Shown one piece after another: positions 1-9,037 of a stretch of DNA of 64,000 nt. The stretch spans positions 16,840 to 80,839 of the forward strand of contig JBDTDV010000067.1 in NCBI GenBank assembly GCA_039922875.1. Reading direction: 5' to 3'. The stretch's first letter is position 1; every line of letters begins with the position of its first letter. Below the pieces are notes generated by a model. The model ran no database searches, was not told the DNA's origin, and saw only the letters and a program-made list of their open reading frames with translations. Origin of the DNA: Microbacteriaceae bacterium (GTDB taxonomy: Bacteria > Actinomycetota > Actinomycetes > Actinomycetales > Microbacteriaceae). A program made the translations under genes and the position numbers.

Positions 1-1109
1 ACGTTCGGCAACCCCGGGTATGCGCGCTGCATCGCCGGGCGCGATCGCGCCGGTGCCCGTTCGAATACCGTGCGGATGCGGACGGGGGACTTCGGCAGGA
101 TATCCACCCGGCCGCGAAAGACTGAGCCTTCCCGGTCGTTGGTTCCGATGATCAGCGGCACCCGGTGGGCACGACCAGCCCGGAACCTGTCGATGGGTCG
201 TTCGGGAAGCAGGACCCCGTCGACCACCGGTGCCAGACAGAACATGCCGGCAAACGCATCCGGGGTACGCAATTGCAGGGTGAGCGCCGCCTCGACGAGG
301 TGCTCCGCAGTGACCGCGGTCAGGAGTCCCGCGGCATCGGTGAACTGGCCGGCCGTCTCGTTCGAGAGTATCGCAACGTATTCGCGCGCCCATTCGGCCG
401 CCTGATCCCGGTCGTACACGGCGTTCGCCGGTGCGCTTTGCGCAATTGCTCTGGCGAACAGCCCGGCTGCGGATGGGGTGGCCATCAGCGTCGTGACCGC
501 GTTTCCGCCGGCGGATTCCCCGAACACTGTGACGTTGTGGGGGTCGCCGCCGAACGAGCGAATGTTCTCGTGCACCCATTTCAGCACGGCTATCTGGTCG
601 CGGAGGCCGAGATTGCTTTCGATCGGGCGTTTCCGCGTCGAGTAGCGGCTGAAATCGAGATAGCCGAGGGCTCCGAGCCGGTAGTTGAAGCTGACGTAAA
701 CGACCCGGCCGCTGTCAACGAAACCGACGCCCTGACCGGCGAAGTCTTGCGAGGAGCCTGCGCTATAGCCCCCGCCGTGAATGAACACCATGACCGGAAG
801 TCCTCGTCGATCGCGCCGTGCTGTCACGGTCGACAGGACGTTCACGGTGAGGCAGTCCTCACCGGAGGGCACCCCGGGTCCGACTCCCTTGAACTGACCC
901 CGGTACGCCTGGCTCGCCACGTTGCCGTAGCGGCTGGCGTCGCGAATCCCAGCCCATGGCCGTACCGGTTGCGGCGCACGAAAGCGCAATGCACCAACCG
1001 GAGGTGCGGCATAGGGAATGCCACGCCAGAGGAGAGCTTCCCCGTGGCGCGTGCCTTGGACAACGCCTCCGGCCACCCTGGTTAGCGCACCGTCACCCTG
1101 AACGCGCAT
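1..1109 (-). CDS. Carboxylesterase type B (para-nitrobenzyl esterase-like), 3' end runs off the window
   Basis: My own minus-strand translation is open from ATG at 1109 to the window edge. It is absent from the ORF track because it has no stop in the window. Sequence: MRVQGDG..LWRGIPYAAPPVG..EDCLTVNV..FIHGGG..FGESAGG. The listed + ORF 165..1085 is its antisense shadow. Confidence 0.85.
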   Translation of the reverse strand, partial: MRVQGDGALTRVAGGVVQGTRHGEALLWRGIPYAAPPVGALRFRAPQPVRPWAGIRDASRYGNVASQAYRGQFKGVGPGVPSGEDCLTVNVLSTVTARRDRRGLPVMVFIHGGGYSAGSSQDFAGQGVGFVDSGRVVYVSFNYRLGALGYLDFSRYSTRKRPIESNLGLRDQIAVLKWVHENIRSFGGDPHNVTVFGESAGGNAVTTLMATPSAAGLFARAIAQSAPANAVYDRDQAAEWAREYVAILSNETAGQFTDAAGLLTAVTAEHLVEAALTLQLRTPDAFAGMFCLAPVVDGVLLPERPIDRFRAGRAHRVPLIIGTNDREGSVFRGRVDILPKSPVRIRTVFERAPARSRPAMQRAYPGLPN

Positions 1110-1209
1110 GATCACCAGCTCACAGCATCATCGTATGCTCGTTGCCCCGGAACCGCAGGATGCTCCAAATCGCCGGCCGAGAAGGACAGATTCGCGGGGT
1201 TGCGCATTG

Positions 1210-1292
1210 TGCCGGTGGTGGGACTCGAACCCACACGCCCTTTCAGACAAAGCATTTTGAGTGCTTCGCGTCTGCCATTCCGCCACACCGGC
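1210..1292 (-). tRNA. tRNA-Leu (anticodon CAA)
   Basis: Cloverleaf folds by hand. Acceptor GCCGGTG/CACCGGC plus discriminator A. Anticodon stem AAGCA/TGCTT with loop CTCAAAA. Long variable arm. T arm GTGGG-TTCGAGT-CCCAC. Confidence 0.9.
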
Positions 1293-1330
1293 GCACAACA
1301 ACGACCTCAAGAATACCGTAGGCTTTCATC

Positions 1331-1936
1331 GTGAGTGACCAGGAAACAACCCAATCCGCCCCCCGCCGAGTCGTCGTTGCGGAGGATGAGTCCCTGATTC
1401 GACTCGATATCGTCGAAATCCTACGAGATAACGGCTTCGAAGTCGTGGGAGAAGCCGGCGACGGCGAGACCGCTGTCGCGCTGGCAACCGAATTACGGCC
1501 CGATCTGGTTGTGATGGATGTCAAGATGCCGCAGCTCGACGGGATCTCGGCCGCAGAGCGGCTCTCGAAGGGCCATATCGCACCGGTCGTGTTGCTCACC
1601 GCGTTCAGTCAGAAGGAGCTCGTCGAGCGAGCCACGGAGGCGGGCGCACTTGCCTACGTCGTGAAGCCCTTCACCCCGAACGACCTTCTGCCGGCCATCG
1701 AAATCGCACTGGCCAGATATGCCCAGATCATCGCTCTCGAGGCCGAGGTCTCCGACCTCGTGGAGCGGTTCGAGACCCGCAAACTGGTCGACCGCGCCAA
1801 GGGTCTGCTCAACGAAAAGATGGGCCTGACCGAGCCGGAGGCGTTCCGCTGGATCCAGAAGGCATCCATGGATCGCCGACTCACCATGCACGATGTCTCG
1901 CAGGCGATCATCGAACAGCTCTCCGTCAAGAAGTAG
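1331..1936 (+). CDS. pdtaR: ANTAR-domain response regulator (PdtaR-like)
   Basis: 201 aa. N-terminal receiver domain (VVVAEDE..VVMDVKMP) and C-terminal ANTAR (RKLVDRAKGLL..EAFRWIQKASMDRR). GTG start lies 6 nt after TAGGCT (1319-1324), so it is probably leaderless. Confidence 0.9.
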   Translation: MSDQETTQSAPRRVVVAEDESLIRLDIVEILRDNGFEVVGEAGDGETAVALATELRPDLVVMDVKMPQLDGISAAERLSKGHIAPVVLLTAFSQKELVERATEAGALAYVVKPFTPNDLLPAIEIALARYAQIIALEAEVSDLVERFETRKLVDRAKGLLNEKMGLTEPEAFRWIQKASMDRRLTMHDVSQAIIEQLSVKK

Positions 1937-2001
1937 CCGGTAACCGGTAAGAAGAGGCCCGCTCGGAACGAGACCGGCGGCGAACTTCGGTGACCTCGGG
2001 C

Positions 2002-2448
2002 TCAGATTCCGACAGGCTCAGTCGCCGAATCCGGCGGAAGGTCTTTGATGAGGTTCGTGATCCGGATCGTCGAGCAACGCCTACCCTGATCGTCGGAGAC
2101 GACGATCTCGTGCGTGGTCAAGGTTCGGCCGAGATGGATCGGCGTGCACACACCGGTGACGAGTCCAGAGGTCGCGCTCCTGGTGTGCGTTGCGTTGATT
2201 TCGATCCCAACGGCCAGCCGACCGGGGCCGGCGTGCAAATTGGCGGCCATCGAGCCCAGTGACTCGCCGAGCACGACATACGCGCCGCCGTGCAGCAGCC
2301 CGGCCGGCTGCGTGTTCCCTTCGACGGGCATGGTCGCCACGACCTTATCGATGCTGAACTCGACGAACTCGATTCCCATCCGATTGGCCAGCGGTCCGGC
2401 CCCACAGGCCCGCAGATATTCCAGCGCACTCTGCGTTCGCTCGGTCAT
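2002..2448 (-). CDS. PaaI/hotdog-fold thioesterase
   Basis: Internal ATG at 2448 (MTERTQSALEYL..) is preceded by AGGAGG. Motif GLLHGGAYVVLGESLGS is typical of PaaI-type thioesterases. The longer track ORF (to 2940) would overlap polA. Confidence 0.8.
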   Translation of the reverse strand: MTERTQSALEYLRACGAGPLANRMGIEFVEFSIDKVVATMPVEGNTQPAGLLHGGAYVVLGESLGSMAANLHAGPGRLAVGIEINATHTRSATSGLVTGVCTPIHLGRTLTTHEIVVSDDQGRRCSTIRITNLIKDLPPDSATEPVGI

Positions 2449-2477
2449 GGACCCCTCCTGCTCCGGCCCGGACTTCA

Positions 2478-2499
2478 TGTCGGTTGACGCTTGTAGGCT
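2478..2499 (+). promoter_or_regulatory. RecA-NDp/PafBC-type promoter of polA (TGTCG-N11-TAGGCT)
   Basis: TGTCGgttgacgcttgTAGGCT, with GTG 2506 lying 6 nt after the -10. Confidence 0.5.
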
Positions 2500-2505
2500 T
2501 GGCCT

Positions 2506-5163
2506 GTGTCGGACTCCGAAAAGCCTACCCTCCTGATCATCGACGGCCATTCTTTGGCGTTCCGGGCGTTCTATGCCCTTCCGCTGGACAGTTTCCAGAA
2601 CCGGGAGGGACAGCACACCAACGCCATTCACGGCTTTATCTCGATGCTGATCTACCTCCTGGCCCAGGAGAAACCCACGCACATCGCGGTCGCGTTCGAC
2701 ATCTCGCGCTACTCGTTCCGCACTCGCGAGTACCCGGAGTACAAGGGCACCCGCACGGTCACCCCGCCGGAATTCATCGGCCAGATTCCGCTGCTTGAGG
2801 AGGCGCTGCACGCGATGAACATCACCACGATCGCGAAGGAGGACTACGAGGCCGACGATATCCTCGCCACACTGGCCAAGCAGGGCGACGACCAGGGTTA
2901 CCAGGTCCTCGTCGTCTCCGGCGATCGGGATGCCATCCAACTGGTCAACGGCAACGTCACCCTGCTATACCCCAACGCTCGCGGCGTCTCCGAGTTGAAA
3001 CGATACGACCCCGACGCGGTGTTCGCGCGCTACGGCGTTGAACCGCGTCAGTATCCAGACATTGCCGCGCTGGTCGGGGAGACCAGCGACAACTTGATCG
3101 GGATCGACAAGGTCGGCGAGAAAACCGCCGTGAAGTGGATCACCAAATACGGCAGTCTGGATGAGGTCCTGGCCCACGCTGATGAGATAACCGGGGTTGT
3201 CGGCCAGAAGCTTCGCGAGCAAAAAGAGAACGCGGTGCGCAACCGCAAGCTGAACCGCCTCGTGGCCGATGTCGACCTGCCGGTCGGGCCAGGCGACCTG
3301 GTCCGGATGCCGATCAACGAGGCGGCGGTCCGCGAGATTTTCGCAAAGCTCCAGTTCAAGACACTGCTCGAGCGGGTTCTGAAGACCTCAGAGACCGGCG
3401 GCGCCAACGCACCGGGCGCCTCGGACCAGGTCCAGCCGGAGGTACCCGCCGTGCGGACCATGGTCGACGAAGAGTTGGCCCTCTGGCTGGATCGAGCCAT
3501 GGCAAACTCGGCGGCGATCGGCATGCAGCTGGAGTATTCGCGTTCCGGAATCACCGGCTTCGGACTGGCTACCGCCGACGACTGCGTGTATGTGCCCTGG
3601 GCTCCCGACCGCCCGGACTATCACGCCTTGGAGGCCTGGCTGGCCGGTGCCACTCCGAAGCACGTGTTCGGTGCCAAAGCGCAACTCAAGGCACTGTTGG
3701 GCGCCGGGATCGAAGCGAATGGAATCGCCTTCGACACGAAGCTGGCCGGCTGGCTGATGCACCCGGGCACCTCGCCGCAATCGCTCGTCGACCAGATCTA
3801 CGATGTGCTCGGTGAGACGCTGCCGCAAGCCGACCCGAATCAGTTGGTTCCCGAGCAGGAGCCGACCAGCCCGGCAACCGAGGCATGGTACGTCCTGAGA
3901 CTCACCGAGGCGCTGGCCGTTGGCCTGGATGACGGAACCCGGCGGGTACTGGACACCATCGAACTGCCGCTGGTGCGGGTGCTGGCCGACATGGAGCTCG
4001 CCGGAGTCAGCGTGAACGCGGCGATCCTCGCGGAACTGCGCGAAGACCTCACCACGCGATCGACCGATTACGCCACCCGCGCGTTCGCGGAAATCGGCCA
4101 CGAGGTGAACCTCGGTTCCCCGAAGCAGTTGCAACAGGTGCTGTTCGAGGAATTAGGGATGCCCCGGACCCGCTCCACCAAGACCGGGTTCTCCACCGAT
4201 GCCGCATCGTTGGCCGACCTCCAAGAACGCAATCCACATCCGTTTCTCGGGCTACTACTGCAGCATCGCGACGCGATCAAACTCAAGCAGATCGTCGAAA
4301 CGCTCGACAAAGCGCTCGATCCGGCCGGGCGGATACACACCACCTACGATCAAACCGGAACCAGCACCGGCCGGATCTCCTCGAATGACCCGAATCTGCA
4401 GAACATCCCCGTGCGCACCGAGGTCGGCCGGCAGATCCGCTCCGCATTCCAGTGTGGAGCTCAGTTCGAGACCCTGCTCACTGCCGACTACTCGCAGATC
4501 GAAATGCGGATCATGGCGCACCTCTCCGGCGACACGGCACTGATCCAGGCGTTCAAAGACGGTGAAGACCTGCACCGCTTCGTCGGGTCCCGGATCTTCG
4601 GCGTCGAACCGGCTGAGGTTTCTGCTGCTATGCGCACGAAGGTCAAAGCGATGTCCTACGGCTTGGCCTACGGGCTGAGCGCGTTCGGCTTATCCAAGCA
4701 GCTGAGGATCGAAACCTCAGAGGCAAAACAGTTGATGGCCGACTACTTCGCCCGCTTTGGAGCCGTACGGGATTACTTGCGCAACGTTGTCGAGCAGGCC
4801 AGAGTCGACGGGTACACCGAAACGATCTTTGGCCGGCGTCGCCCGTTCGCCGATCTGAACAGCGCCAATCGGGTGTTGCGCGACAATGCTGAGCGCGCGG
4901 CACTCAACGCGCCTATCCAGGGCTCCGCCGCCGACATTCTGAAGATCGCCATGGTCAACATCAGCGCCGACATGAAGCGAGATGGCCTTGAATCCCGGAT
5001 GCTGTTACAGGTGCATGACGAACTCATCTTTGAGATCACGCCGGGGGAGTGGGACGCGATGGAGGCGATAGTGACGGCCCGGATGTCGGGTGCGGCCCAG
5101 CTGCGGGTGCCGCTGGATGTCCAGATCGGCCGTGGGCCGAACTGGGATGCCGCGGCTCATTGA
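2506..5163 (+). CDS. polA: DNA polymerase I
   Basis: 885 aa with 5'-nuclease N-terminus (LLIIDGHSLAFRAFYALP) and the pol A family motifs (RRRAKAINFG-type region, QVHDELIFE). Confidence 0.97.
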   Translation: MSDSEKPTLLIIDGHSLAFRAFYALPLDSFQNREGQHTNAIHGFISMLIYLLAQEKPTHIAVAFDISRYSFRTREYPEYKGTRTVTPPEFIGQIPLLEEALHAMNITTIAKEDYEADDILATLAKQGDDQGYQVLVVSGDRDAIQLVNGNVTLLYPNARGVSELKRYDPDAVFARYGVEPRQYPDIAALVGETSDNLIGIDKVGEKTAVKWITKYGSLDEVLAHADEITGVVGQKLREQKENAVRNRKLNRLVADVDLPVGPGDLVRMPINEAAVREIFAKLQFKTLLERVLKTSETGGANAPGASDQVQPEVPAVRTMVDEELALWLDRAMANSAAIGMQLEYSRSGITGFGLATADDCVYVPWAPDRPDYHALEAWLAGATPKHVFGAKAQLKALLGAGIEANGIAFDTKLAGWLMHPGTSPQSLVDQIYDVLGETLPQADPNQLVPEQEPTSPATEAWYVLRLTEALAVGLDDGTRRVLDTIELPLVRVLADMELAGVSVNAAILAELREDLTTRSTDYATRAFAEIGHEVNLGSPKQLQQVLFEELGMPRTRSTKTGFSTDAASLADLQERNPHPFLGLLLQHRDAIKLKQIVETLDKALDPAGRIHTTYDQTGTSTGRISSNDPNLQNIPVRTEVGRQIRSAFQCGAQFETLLTADYSQIEMRIMAHLSGDTALIQAFKDGEDLHRFVGSRIFGVEPAEVSAAMRTKVKAMSYGLAYGLSAFGLSKQLRIETSEAKQLMADYFARFGAVRDYLRNVVEQARVDGYTETIFGRRRPFADLNSANRVLRDNAERAALNAPIQGSAADILKIAMVNISADMKRDGLESRMLLQVHDELIFEITPGEWDAMEAIVTARMSGAAQLRVPLDVQIGRGPNWDAAAH

Positions 5164-5164
5164 T

Positions 5165-5179
5165 GCCCGAAGATCGGGC
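5165..5179 (+). terminator. Short hairpin after polA
   Basis: GCCCGA-aga-TCGGGC lies 2 nt after the polA stop. No U-tract. Confidence 0.3.
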
Positions 5180-5203
5180 CCGCGCCCGCCATAAGCTGAA
5201 AGA

Positions 5204-5248
5204 ATGACGAACCCAGGAATGACAAACCCAGGAATGACAAATCCAGAG
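5204..5248. repeat. 15-bp tandem repeat x3 at the DUF885 start (ATGACRAAYCCAGRR)
   Basis: Units at 5204-5218, 5219-5233 and 5234-5248. Each begins with an in-frame ATG (MTNPG MTNPG MTNPE). Confidence 0.9.
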
Positions 5249-6907
5249 CAGCGCACCCCGACACCCATCGACGCGATAGCCGAGGAGTGGGTCGACACAG
5301 AGCTCGAGCTCTTTCCGGAGTACCACGTTTACCTCGGCCGGCCCGGTCGAGCCGGCGAGTACGCCGACTACTCGCCGGAGGGCGCGCTGCGCGCCGCAGC
5401 TGCCGCGGCGCGCACGTTAGTGACGCTTCAGGCCGCCGAGCCGATGGACGACGTAGACCAGATCACCAAGATGGATCTCGCCCGCGAACTTCAGCTGGCG
5501 ATCGACAAGCATGAGGCCGGCTTCGAACAGCGCGACCTGAACGTCATCGCGTCCCCCGCGCAGGGGTTGCGCGACATCTTTGATCTGGTGCCGACCGCCT
5601 CCGTCGAAGACTGGAGCAACATCGCCAAGCGGATGCATAACCTTCCCGCTGCGATGGCCGGCTACATTCAGACCCTCCGCTCCGGGATCGCAGCCGGCAA
5701 CGTCCCGGCGATCCGGCAGGTGACAGAGATCGTGACGCAGGCTAAGAAGCAAGTGGCCCAGACCGGGTTCTTCTTCAGTCTCGCCGACGGTGCCAGGGCG
5801 GGGGAGCAGGAGTTGCCGGAGGCTCTGAACCGCGACCTGGCCGCCGGTGCCAGGGAATCGGCGCAGGCCTACGACGACCTGGCCCGGTTCCTCGCCGATG
5901 AGCTCGCGCCGCACGCCCCCGCTAAGGATGCTGTGGGCCGCGAGCTGTACGCCCTGGCCTCACGTGACTTCCTCGGCGCGACGATCGACCTCGACGAGAC
6001 CTATGACTGGGGTATCGAGGAACTCAGCCGAATGGTGGCGGAGCAGGAATCTGTCGCGCGAGAGATCAAGCCGGGCGCCTCCGTCGCCGAAGCCGTCGCG
6101 TTCCTCGACCAGGATCCAACCCGCAAGTTGCACAGCACCGCTGCACTCCAGAAATGGATGCAAGAGACCAGCGACGCAGCCATCACCGCATTGTCCAAAA
6201 CGCATTTCGATATCCCGGATGAGGTCAAGAGGCTGGAGTGCATGATCGCACCCACTCAAGAGGGCGGCATCTACTACACCGGCCCTGCGGACGACTTCTC
6301 GCGCCCCGGCCGAATGTGGTGGAGTGTGCCTGAGGGGATCACCGAGTTCGACACCTGGCGCGAACTCACCACCGTGTACCACGAGGGTGTGCCCGGCCAC
6401 CACCTGCAGATCGGAATGGCGACCTACAACAAGGCCATCCTGAATACCTGGCGTCGAACCGCTGGAACCTCAGGACACGCCGAAGGGTGGGCGCTGTACG
6501 CGGAGCGGCTGATGGAGCAGTTGGGTTATCTGAACGACCCGGCAGACCGCCTGGGCATGCTCGACGGTCAACGGATGCGCGCGGCACGCGTCGTGCTGGA
6601 CATCGGGGTACACCTGGAGAAGACCCTTCCTGATGGCACCGGCCCCTGGACCGGTGAATTCGCGTTCGACTTTCTGGGCAAGAACGTCAACATGAACGCC
6701 AGTTTCGTGCGCTTCGAAGTCAACCGCTACCTCGGCTGGCCGGGGCAGGCACCGTCGTACAAGGTTGGCCAACGGATCTGGGAGCAGCTTCGCGACGAGT
6801 ATCAGGCCCGCGAGGGCGCGGCTTTCGACATCAAGGCGTTCCACAAGAGGGCGCTGGATATCGGCGGGGTCGGCCTGGACACGCTCCGCTTCGCGCTGCT
6901 GGGCTAA
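5204..6907 (+). CDS. DUF885 family protein (putative metallopeptidase-like)
   Basis: 567 aa with YHEGVPGHHLQ (HExxPGHH) and RYLGWPGQAPSYKVG, which are typical of DUF885. ATG 5204 lies 6 nt after TAAGCT. Confidence 0.8.
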   Translation: MTNPGMTNPGMTNPEQRTPTPIDAIAEEWVDTELELFPEYHVYLGRPGRAGEYADYSPEGALRAAAAAARTLVTLQAAEPMDDVDQITKMDLARELQLAIDKHEAGFEQRDLNVIASPAQGLRDIFDLVPTASVEDWSNIAKRMHNLPAAMAGYIQTLRSGIAAGNVPAIRQVTEIVTQAKKQVAQTGFFFSLADGARAGEQELPEALNRDLAAGARESAQAYDDLARFLADELAPHAPAKDAVGRELYALASRDFLGATIDLDETYDWGIEELSRMVAEQESVAREIKPGASVAEAVAFLDQDPTRKLHSTAALQKWMQETSDAAITALSKTHFDIPDEVKRLECMIAPTQEGGIYYTGPADDFSRPGRMWWSVPEGITEFDTWRELTTVYHEGVPGHHLQIGMATYNKAILNTWRRTAGTSGHAEGWALYAERLMEQLGYLNDPADRLGMLDGQRMRAARVVLDIGVHLEKTLPDGTGPWTGEFAFDFLGKNVNMNASFVRFEVNRYLGWPGQAPSYKVGQRIWEQLRDEYQAREGAAFDIKAFHKRALDIGGVGLDTLRFALLG

Positions 6908-8064
6908 CCAACGGTCCAAGGCAAGATCAGACTGTCTGCCTCGTCGCCGGAGACGACCCCGGCCGGCGGGCAGACCAGCACCCCGTCGGCTTCGGCCAGG
7001 CCGCGCAGCATCCCGGAACCGGAACGCCCGGTCGGCACCGCTGCCTGGCCGACAAGCCGATAGGGGCTGAGTCTGCTTCGTCCCGGAGTCCCGCGCAGAT
7101 CCTGGGCAACCACGACCCTCTGAAGCGTCGGCTCGGCAGCGCCGCTCAATCCGGCCAATAGCGGCTGCACCAGGGTGAGCATGCCCATCATCGCTGCCAG
7201 GGGATTCCCCGGCAGCCCCACCAGCAGCCGGCCGTCGATCAGCCGAGCTAGCAGGCTCGGCGCACCCGGTCTCATCGCGATACCGTCGACCAGCAGCGTA
7301 GCGCCGAGCTTTGCCAGGGCCGGGTGCAGATGATCGGCCCGAGAATGACCGGTGCCGCCGGTGGTGATCACCAGGTCAGCCGAGCCGGCTCCGGCTGAAA
7401 TCGTCTCGGCCAACAGATCCAGGTTGTCGGCCAGTCGATGTCGACTGACGATGTCGCCGCCGAGCATCCGTACGAAGGACGGCAGTTGTGGGCCGAAGCT
7501 GTCCCGAACGCGGCCGGCCACCGGGATACCCGATTCCACCACCTCATCGCCGGTGAGGATCAGACTCACCCCGGGCCTAGGCAGCACGGAGAGGGTGTCG
7601 TGTCCGCAGACCGCCGCAACGGCCACCTGTGCCGGATTCAGCCGGGTCCCCGAGGCGAGTACCAGCTCGGCCTGCCTCGCTTCCTCGCCTGCCGCGCGGA
7701 CGTTCTCTGCCTGCTTCGGCTCGTCTGGCCGGGCTTGCCCGGTCGGGGTCAAGACGCCGTCACGGGTAGCGCCGTGTTCGCTACGCAGGATGCCGTGGGT
7801 CTGCTCGGGCACGTGGCCGCCGGTTACGATCGGTGCGGCCTGACCGGGTTGGAGCCGGTCAGCGGCGACCAGTACCCACGGCGCCGGGCCGGACACCGCC
7901 CAGCCGTCCATGGCGGATGAAGCGTAATGCGGCACATCGCACAGCGCGCGCAGGTCTGCGGCAAGGGTGCGCCCGACCGCGTCCGGCAGCGGCACCTCAA
8001 CCGGTGCCAGGCGCGTCGGCAGCCGGTAGCTTCGGGCCCGCACATCGTGCCACGTGTTGGTCAC
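6904..8064 (-). CDS. moeA: Molybdopterin molybdenumtransferase MoeA
   Basis: SAMDGWAV and GLPGNPLAAMMG motifs. I chose GTG at 8064 because it forms a GTGA overlap with the upstream stop. The track ORF extends to 8115. Confidence 0.85.
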   Translation of the reverse strand: MTNTWHDVRARSYRLPTRLAPVEVPLPDAVGRTLAADLRALCDVPHYASSAMDGWAVSGPAPWVLVAADRLQPGQAAPIVTGGHVPEQTHGILRSEHGATRDGVLTPTGQARPDEPKQAENVRAAGEEARQAELVLASGTRLNPAQVAVAAVCGHDTLSVLPRPGVSLILTGDEVVESGIPVAGRVRDSFGPQLPSFVRMLGGDIVSRHRLADNLDLLAETISAGAGSADLVITTGGTGHSRADHLHPALAKLGATLLVDGIAMRPGAPSLLARLIDGRLLVGLPGNPLAAMMGMLTLVQPLLAGLSGAAEPTLQRVVVAQDLRGTPGRSRLSPYRLVGQAAVPTGRSGSGMLRGLAEADGVLVCPPAGVVSGDEADSLILPWTVG

Positions 8065-8390
8065 CGTGCGGGCTGCTCCGGCCGGCCGTCTTCGGACGAT
8101 TGGGCGTCGCGGCACATCCGAAGCGCCACGGCCGTCGCCGCCTGCACCGGATCTTCTCCGTCGCCGGCACCGGGGCCTGCCGCGGCCCGGCCTGCCGCGG
8201 CCCGGCCGGCCGCGTACCCGACCAGGAAGGTGGTCACCGGAGCGGCTGGCCGAGCCACCGCGTGCGCCGCCCGGCCGGCGAGCCCAAGAATCGCGTGGAT
8301 GTCCACGTCTAATCCGCCGATATCCAGTTCCTCGGCCAATCGCCTCGACCAGGTGTCGAGAACCTCATCATCATCTTTTCGGCTGTCCAT
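8061..8390 (-). CDS. DUF6457-like small protein associated with mobA/moeA
   Basis: 109 aa. LDTWSRRLAEELDIG..ILGLAGRAAHAVARPAAPVTTFLVGYAAG resembles the mobA-linked DUF6457 family (from memory). It sits between mobA and moeA on the same strand. Confidence 0.55.
   Translation of the reverse strand: MDSRKDDDEVLDTWSRRLAEELDIGGLDVDIHAILGLAGRAAHAVARPAAPVTTFLVGYAAGRAAAGRAAAGPGAGDGEDPVQAATAVALRMCRDAQSSEDGRPEQPAR
8175..8204. repeat. 15-bp tandem repeat x2 (plus a partial third copy) inside the DUF6457 gene
   Basis: GCCTGCCGCGGCCCG at 8175 and 8190. It encodes the AAGRAAAGRAAAG tract on the minus strand. Confidence 0.85.
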
Positions 8391-8405
8391 ACTGTCTCCC
8401 TTTCG

Positions 8406-9026
8406 TCACGGTTCGGATGAACCGGATTGCTTTGGCTCGGTCAACCCCAAGCGGGCGGCATCCGCCCAGGTGTCGACATCCGCCGTCGATCCATCAGGGA
8501 CGACGACCGGAATCAGATTCAATCCGTTGATCAGGCGGAACACCGGCAGTCCGCTCAGACCAGCAGGGGACCGGTTCAGAGCGATCGCGGCGCGCAACGC
8601 GGTGCTCCGGTAGACGGCGACCAGCGGCTGTCGGCGGCCGGCCTCCACCGCGATGACGCCGTCCACATCAGGTGGGATGGGAAACTTCGCTAGGAGAACC
8701 GGCACCGCGGCGGCGACACCGGGCATATCACAGGCCAGTACTACGGTGAATCCGTTTGGATCATTCGGCCGATCGGAAAGAGCGGCCATCCCGGCAGCGA
8801 TTCCAGCCGCCGGGCCGCCGAACGGTGGGGACTCCCTGGTGATTCGCACCGCCGCCGGGACTCGGCCGGTGAGCACCGTGCCCACGACCACGACGTCTTC
8901 AGCGTCGCGAACCGCCGCAAGACTGCGGTCCAAGAGGGTATGCCCGCCGTCGACGAACTCGGCCTTCGGCACCCCGTCTAGTCGAGACGATCTGCCTCCG
9001 GCCAGAACAATGGCGTCGAAGAGCAC
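8406..9026 (-). CDS. mobA: Molybdenum cofactor guanylyltransferase MobA
   Basis: 206 aa. The N-terminus FDAIVLAGGRSSRLDGVPKA is the NTP-transferase signature of MobA. Confidence 0.85.
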   Translation of the reverse strand: MLFDAIVLAGGRSSRLDGVPKAEFVDGGHTLLDRSLAAVRDAEDVVVVGTVLTGRVPAAVRITRESPPFGGPAAGIAAGMAALSDRPNDPNGFTVVLACDMPGVAAAVPVLLAKFPIPPDVDGVIAVEAGRRQPLVAVYRSTALRAAIALNRSPAGLSGLPVFRLINGLNLIPVVVPDGSTADVDTWADAARLGLTEPKQSGSSEP

Positions 9027-9037
9027 GAGCGAACCGA

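Noticed and set aside
1110-1209. Integration (att) scar next to the 3' end of tRNA-Leu
   Set aside because: There is no repeat of the tRNA 3' segment and no integrase in the adjacent 100 bp or in the neighbouring esterase gene.
2449-2940. N-terminal extension of track ORF 2002..2940, giving a 312-aa protein that overlaps polA
   Set aside because: The thioesterase domain starts at the internal ATG 2448, which has an AGGAGG RBS. The extension is antisense to the polA 5' end.
5204-5248. Short tandem repeats (also at 8175-8204, 9995-10028 and 58248-58325) as a possible CRISPR array
   Set aside because: The units are 15-30 bp and directly adjacent, or separated by 12 bp or less. There are only 2-3 copies, most lie inside CDSs, and no cas genes are present.
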